Shown: one piece after another, positions 59,707 through 64,000 of the stretch
Layout of the letters: each line of letters starts with the position of its first letter
How positions within the stretch are numbered: position 1 is the stretch's first letter
Source: Eutreptiella sp. 'Long Island Sound 2002'
Taxonomy: Eukaryota; Protista; Euglenida
DNA length: 64,000 nucleotides
Direction: 5' to 3'
NCBI GenBank assembly: GCA_964036045.1
Contig: OZ038378.1
Span: 23,064,001 to 23,128,000, forward strand
The notes under the pieces: generated by a model
Databases searched by the model: none
What the model was told of the DNA's origin: nothing
The model's input: the letters and a program-made list of their open reading frames with translations, nothing else
Program-made: the position numbers and the translations under genes

Positions 59707-60561
59707 ATGGAGTGCCTTGGATGCAAGAGACCCGAAGCACACAACAATGCACCAATAATACCACCTTGGCCAGCCAACAAACGCACCGGAGAAGCTCAAT
59801 ATCCAACCTTCTGCGTAAATTTTCAAAACGGAGAGTACGGTTCGCCCGACCCCCCGATTATTGTGCAAGGGCAATTACTATGCAAACAGGGGGGTAGGGG
59901 GGTAGGTGATAAAAACCCAGACGCGTTGTGCCAGGGCTCCTGCATGACTAACCGCGTCCGCTGCATGGGTGTCACCATCTTTGTGTCACCGGAGGGAACG
60001 CTTAGCCACGCCCACCCCAATGCCCTCGATGATAAGTGGTCTTTCAAATTCGGTGCGCCCTTGCAAAGTTACTGGGCCGTGTCCATGCCTCGCACCACCA
60101 ATGTCTTCCTCTCAGCGCTCTCCAACACCCTCCCTTTTATGCGGTCCTGGGGCGCGGGCCTGTTGTCCTGTGCGGCTTGGATGCAACTTGCTGTGCTATC
60201 TGGGTACCCGCCAGTGGCAGTGCGTGCGTCTATGTCCTCAGCAATACACCGGATTTTGGCTAAAACTGAGTGGGATGTGCCGAGCTCCCTTCGATGGGTC
60301 GTTTTTCTGTCTCCCCGCCTGCCTCAGTCGTTCTTCGACACAGTGGGTGACCTGCTCTCGTGGCTGTCCCGGTCCGCCTTCTGGAACCGGTCTGCTTACG
60401 CCTCCTGGCACCTAACCCACTCTGGTGCCTGCACACCATTTTGTGCAGACTGGTCTACCGACCTGCCTGCTTTGCAGGGTTTGTATTCCTCCTTATCTTC
60501 TGAACCACGGGTGGACTGGGGAGTCCACCGGGGGAGGGGGGCTACTGCTGAGACACGTTGA
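59707..60561 (+). mobile_element. Penelope-like reverse transcriptase C-terminal (thumb) region with no endonuclease visible
   Basis: An open 284-codon frame. RCMGVTIFVSPEG fits RT motif 7 and QLAVLSGYPPVAVR fits the L..GYP thumb motif. No YxDD was seen. Confidence 0.4.
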
Positions 60562-62874
60562 ATCTTTGTCGATGCCAGCTTGATAGTCGTAGGACACTAG
60601 GTGCAGAGAATGCTTGTACTCCACGTACTTTGTTCACTGCAGCGAAAGGCGCCTATGACATGTCACTGAAGAGCTTTCCTCTTTGACTTTTGCTTTGCAC
60701 TTCTGCTTTGTGCTGAACAGCGCCGGTCGTGCACACGCATCTGTATCCCATAGCGGGGGTAGGGCAGTTGCAAGGCCCAAGGCTTCAAGCATTGGGGCCC
60801 ACGGTGGGTATAAGATGCTCCAAAGGTGCAGGATACAGGACTTGGGGCTAACCCAAGGTTGCACAGACCTTGGAATGTGCTGGCTATGTATTTCATTCTC
60901 GCTTTGTGCAACAAATAATGACAACAGAACAATATGATGACACAACAAGGGTATACCAGCCACGCACTTGCGCATCCCATGGGGATGCTCCATGAAGGCT
61001 AGCGGGTCACCATATAACACAATCGATGTCCAATTTCATTTCTTACTGCTTGCTTACCATAGGCATCCCAGTCATTGCATTGAACCAATTTCAAATATTG
61101 CCCTGAGTTACCCACACATTACAATGGAGCAAGGATCGGAGCCTTACCTTCCCAAGCCTCACACATTCACACAACAGTGAATCATTGATGGCATTATTCG
61201 AAATCAACATGAATATACTCTTCCAACTATGATAAAACGGCAGTAGCTAGTGAGAGACATCTTGCCACATAGGGTCATCCGCATCTACAATCGCGTCTGG
61301 GGGACAAAGCTAATGATCACCGCCAGTGTCATTTGCGGCACTTGTGTCGCCTTTGCTGCTGCTACTACTACTGTCACCCAACACACCACCCACATCACCA
61401 CCTACTTCAAAGCTACGGCCATTGGAAGTGACGTTGAAAACTACCGTCCGCAACAAGACCAAGCGGTAATGAGAGAGAACACGTGTAATAGCACAATGGG
61501 GGGTTGCTTCCATACTTCTTCACTTTTGCAGGCACGACATAGCGTATGTCACCGCCATAGCCCATGCATGTGGCTCACCGACTTCATTGTCATACATCTT
61601 GTTGGTAAGCCACGCCATCATATCCTTGTCACTCAACCAATCTCCCTCCACAATAGGTGTCATGTCAGAGTTGAAATTGGACAGTCCCGAAGAACACTAT
61701 TGGAGCTTCACAAGAAAAACACACATAAGCACTCTTACCACGCCAATTGCCAAGAGATGCAGATGAGGGCCCACAATAAACCATCAATTGTTGCCAACAC
61801 GTGGTTACAATGTCCAGCTACAATACTGAGCAATACATCAATAATATTAGAGTAAATTTCAACTCTTTGTTGGTCAAGCAACACCTAAAAATGGTAGCGA
61901 CAGTCCATTGTGGGTAGACATGTATTTTGGGTCAAATGCAATAAACATTGAATAGGTAAGTTAGTAGCAAGTAAATTAGATGGCAACAAAGTTTTCTATG
62001 ACATCAACAATACTTGGTTGCAACAGACCCAAAAACATAAAAGGATAACGAAATAATCAAGAATCAAAAGGTTCCCTTGGGTTAGTGATTTGGAAAGCTT
62101 GGTGGAATGCCGTTACGCTCCATCCCACCAAGCCTACATGGCTGCTAGTAGATAAAAAATGTACAACAACATTGAAAATATGGCAAAAAACATGCTAAAA
62201 AATATGGATGGGGAGCCCCGCTTAATTGATGAGGAGGAGCCGCCATACCTGCCCAGAGGAGCACAGCTGTTGGATGCTAGCATTTCTAAAGAAGATACTG
62301 TGGTGCCCGTCATGGCATCATGGGGGTGTGCCCGCAAGGCACGTGTGTCGTCTACATATTGATGGATGGTTTCTCCATGGTTTGATGATTTTTGTCTAGG
62401 CTTGATTGCATTGCCTTTTTCCCTTGGTCAAATCGTGGTGGTTTGGCCTAGAGGTGGCACCACATGTTTATTGTTAATAGTTCATCGCAAAGGGGTCCAC
62501 TGGTTTGTGTGTGCCAAGGGTGGCAGGTTTTCAACTGTGGACAGGGGGTCAATAGAGCCCCCCAAAACTGGGGGGGGGGGGTTGGGAAAAGGGCTCAATT
62601 GACAGGACCATTAATCAGTTATTATGAACTCTGGCGCCAATAGTCCCCAGAATGGGGGGAGGGGGAGGGAATTTTTCTCCGGCTGCGCCGGCTGTTCGTG
62701 CCTGCTAGCTGCACAGGGATGCCGAAGGATAAACGCGTGACCCCGAGCTTAAGAATTTAGCCCAAGGTCTGCTTGGGCGGAGCCCGGGCTGCATCTAGTC
62801 ATCCCAAGGTGGCACGAAATAATCCGGAACCTACGCCCGTGCCCCTGTCCCATGTTGTCCCCTGGGGGCATCAC

Positions 62875-62967
62875 CTTGGTGACCATCAAAAAATCGGTGA
62901 GCGCATGTTCTCGCAGCTGATGCCCAAGTGTTGGCAGGACAGCTTGTTCAATTGCTTTCACTGCCAT
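62875..62967 (-). CDS. Possible first exon of an unidentified gene divergent from CDC5 (MAVKAIEQAVLPTLGHQLREHALTDFLMVTK)
   Basis: An AG lies 6 nt before the ATG. 31 codons end at AAG|GTGATG. Confidence 0.3.
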
Positions 62968-63229
62968 TGAATCTGATAGCATGGTTTAATTTCACCTGCT
63001 CAACTGGGCAGGTTGTTGTGGCAAAGATTGGTGATGCATGCTGATTGGCCATGACACTTGCTGCATGCAGTGTTGTAAAGGTGTGTGATTGGCCACTTGT
63101 GTTCTGCCTTCACAATGCTTGTGTCTTGCTGTCCCTGTATGGCAATTTTTGAATATGGTGACGGTACCGTCCCGTGGTGGGGTGGGTTGGGCTTGAGTCA
63201 CTTGATGACGGTTGACACAGGGGCACTAA

Positions 63230-63463
<234 letters not shown>

Positions 63464-64000
63464 TGAATGCCAAGTGTATTCTTTCTCCTTCCCAAAAGTA
63501 AGATTTGATGGCCCATCTGCATCCCAGTTCTCTTTTTTTTTTTTGGGGTGCATTCTTGTCCTCCTATTCGTCAAAAATGCATAACGTCTTTTCAGCCTCA
63601 ACAGCTCAACAATTGGAGGTTCCAAAACCGACTTTTATGATGTTCTGACGATCCAAAACGATCACATACCACATGTCCTTCACCACATTTGGCCACTGGA
63701 TGTTTGCTGGGGTGCGTCTCATGGGCGAGCGTTGGTTCACAAAAGCGTAAGCAGTTTTCAGCTTAAATTGCTCAAACAACCAAAAATTCCAAAACCAATT
63801 TTTTCAGTGATGTGACTACCCACAATATCTCTGTTTTCACCCCATCTGGCTTGATTACATTCAAGGTGCTAAGCTGGCACAGCGCAACGGAATTTTCCTT
63901 CCAAAATTGAGGGCACTGTTTGGTCTGTTTGTGTGTGACAGCCACAATTTTACCTGGCAAATTAATCCCCATATTCACGCCCATCGCCCCACTGTAATCG

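Noticed and set aside
62330-62380. CVVYIL as a GIY-YIG start for the Penelope-like ORF
   Set aside because: It is 1.8 kb away, has no YIG half-motif, and is interrupted by stops.

Overview
A eukaryotic nuclear window that is rich in repeats and introns. It is most likely from a photosynthetic euglenid; this is inferred from a euglenid-type plastid presequence, acceptor-like AGs just before start codons, and TTAGGG-like repeats. Three host genes could be assembled by hand from GT-AG exons with matching phases: an SPFH/band-7 (HIR-like) gene (16.5-24.4 kb, +), a TSNAXIP1-N-like coiled-coil gene (41.6-51.8 kb, +), and a probably plastid-targeted helical protein (5.6-10 kb, -). Exon 1 of CDC5 lies at the right edge. 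The rest is nested mobile DNA. It includes hAT-type TIR elements with 10-bp subterminal repeats, several decayed DDE_Tnp_4 (Harbinger-like) transposases with a C-terminal B-box-type zinc finger, a Dam-like methylase fragment, a Penelope-like RT tail, and PHD, chromo and Tudor-like reader remnants. The most unusual structures are (i) a 72-bp-period hairpin array at about 33.8-36.1 kb in which both loop cores and spacers occur in both orientations, (ii) a near-perfect 3 x 1025-bp array coupling A/T-stem hairpin cassettes to a truncated chromodomain, (iii) a foldback of about 2 kb built from a 10-bp unit, and (iv) a small unassigned 'VWAK..RGVWG..GKLYF' domain family, one copy of which lies inside a TIR element. 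No CRISPR, rRNA or tRNA is supported. All domain calls are motif recognition by eye and need HMM confirmation.
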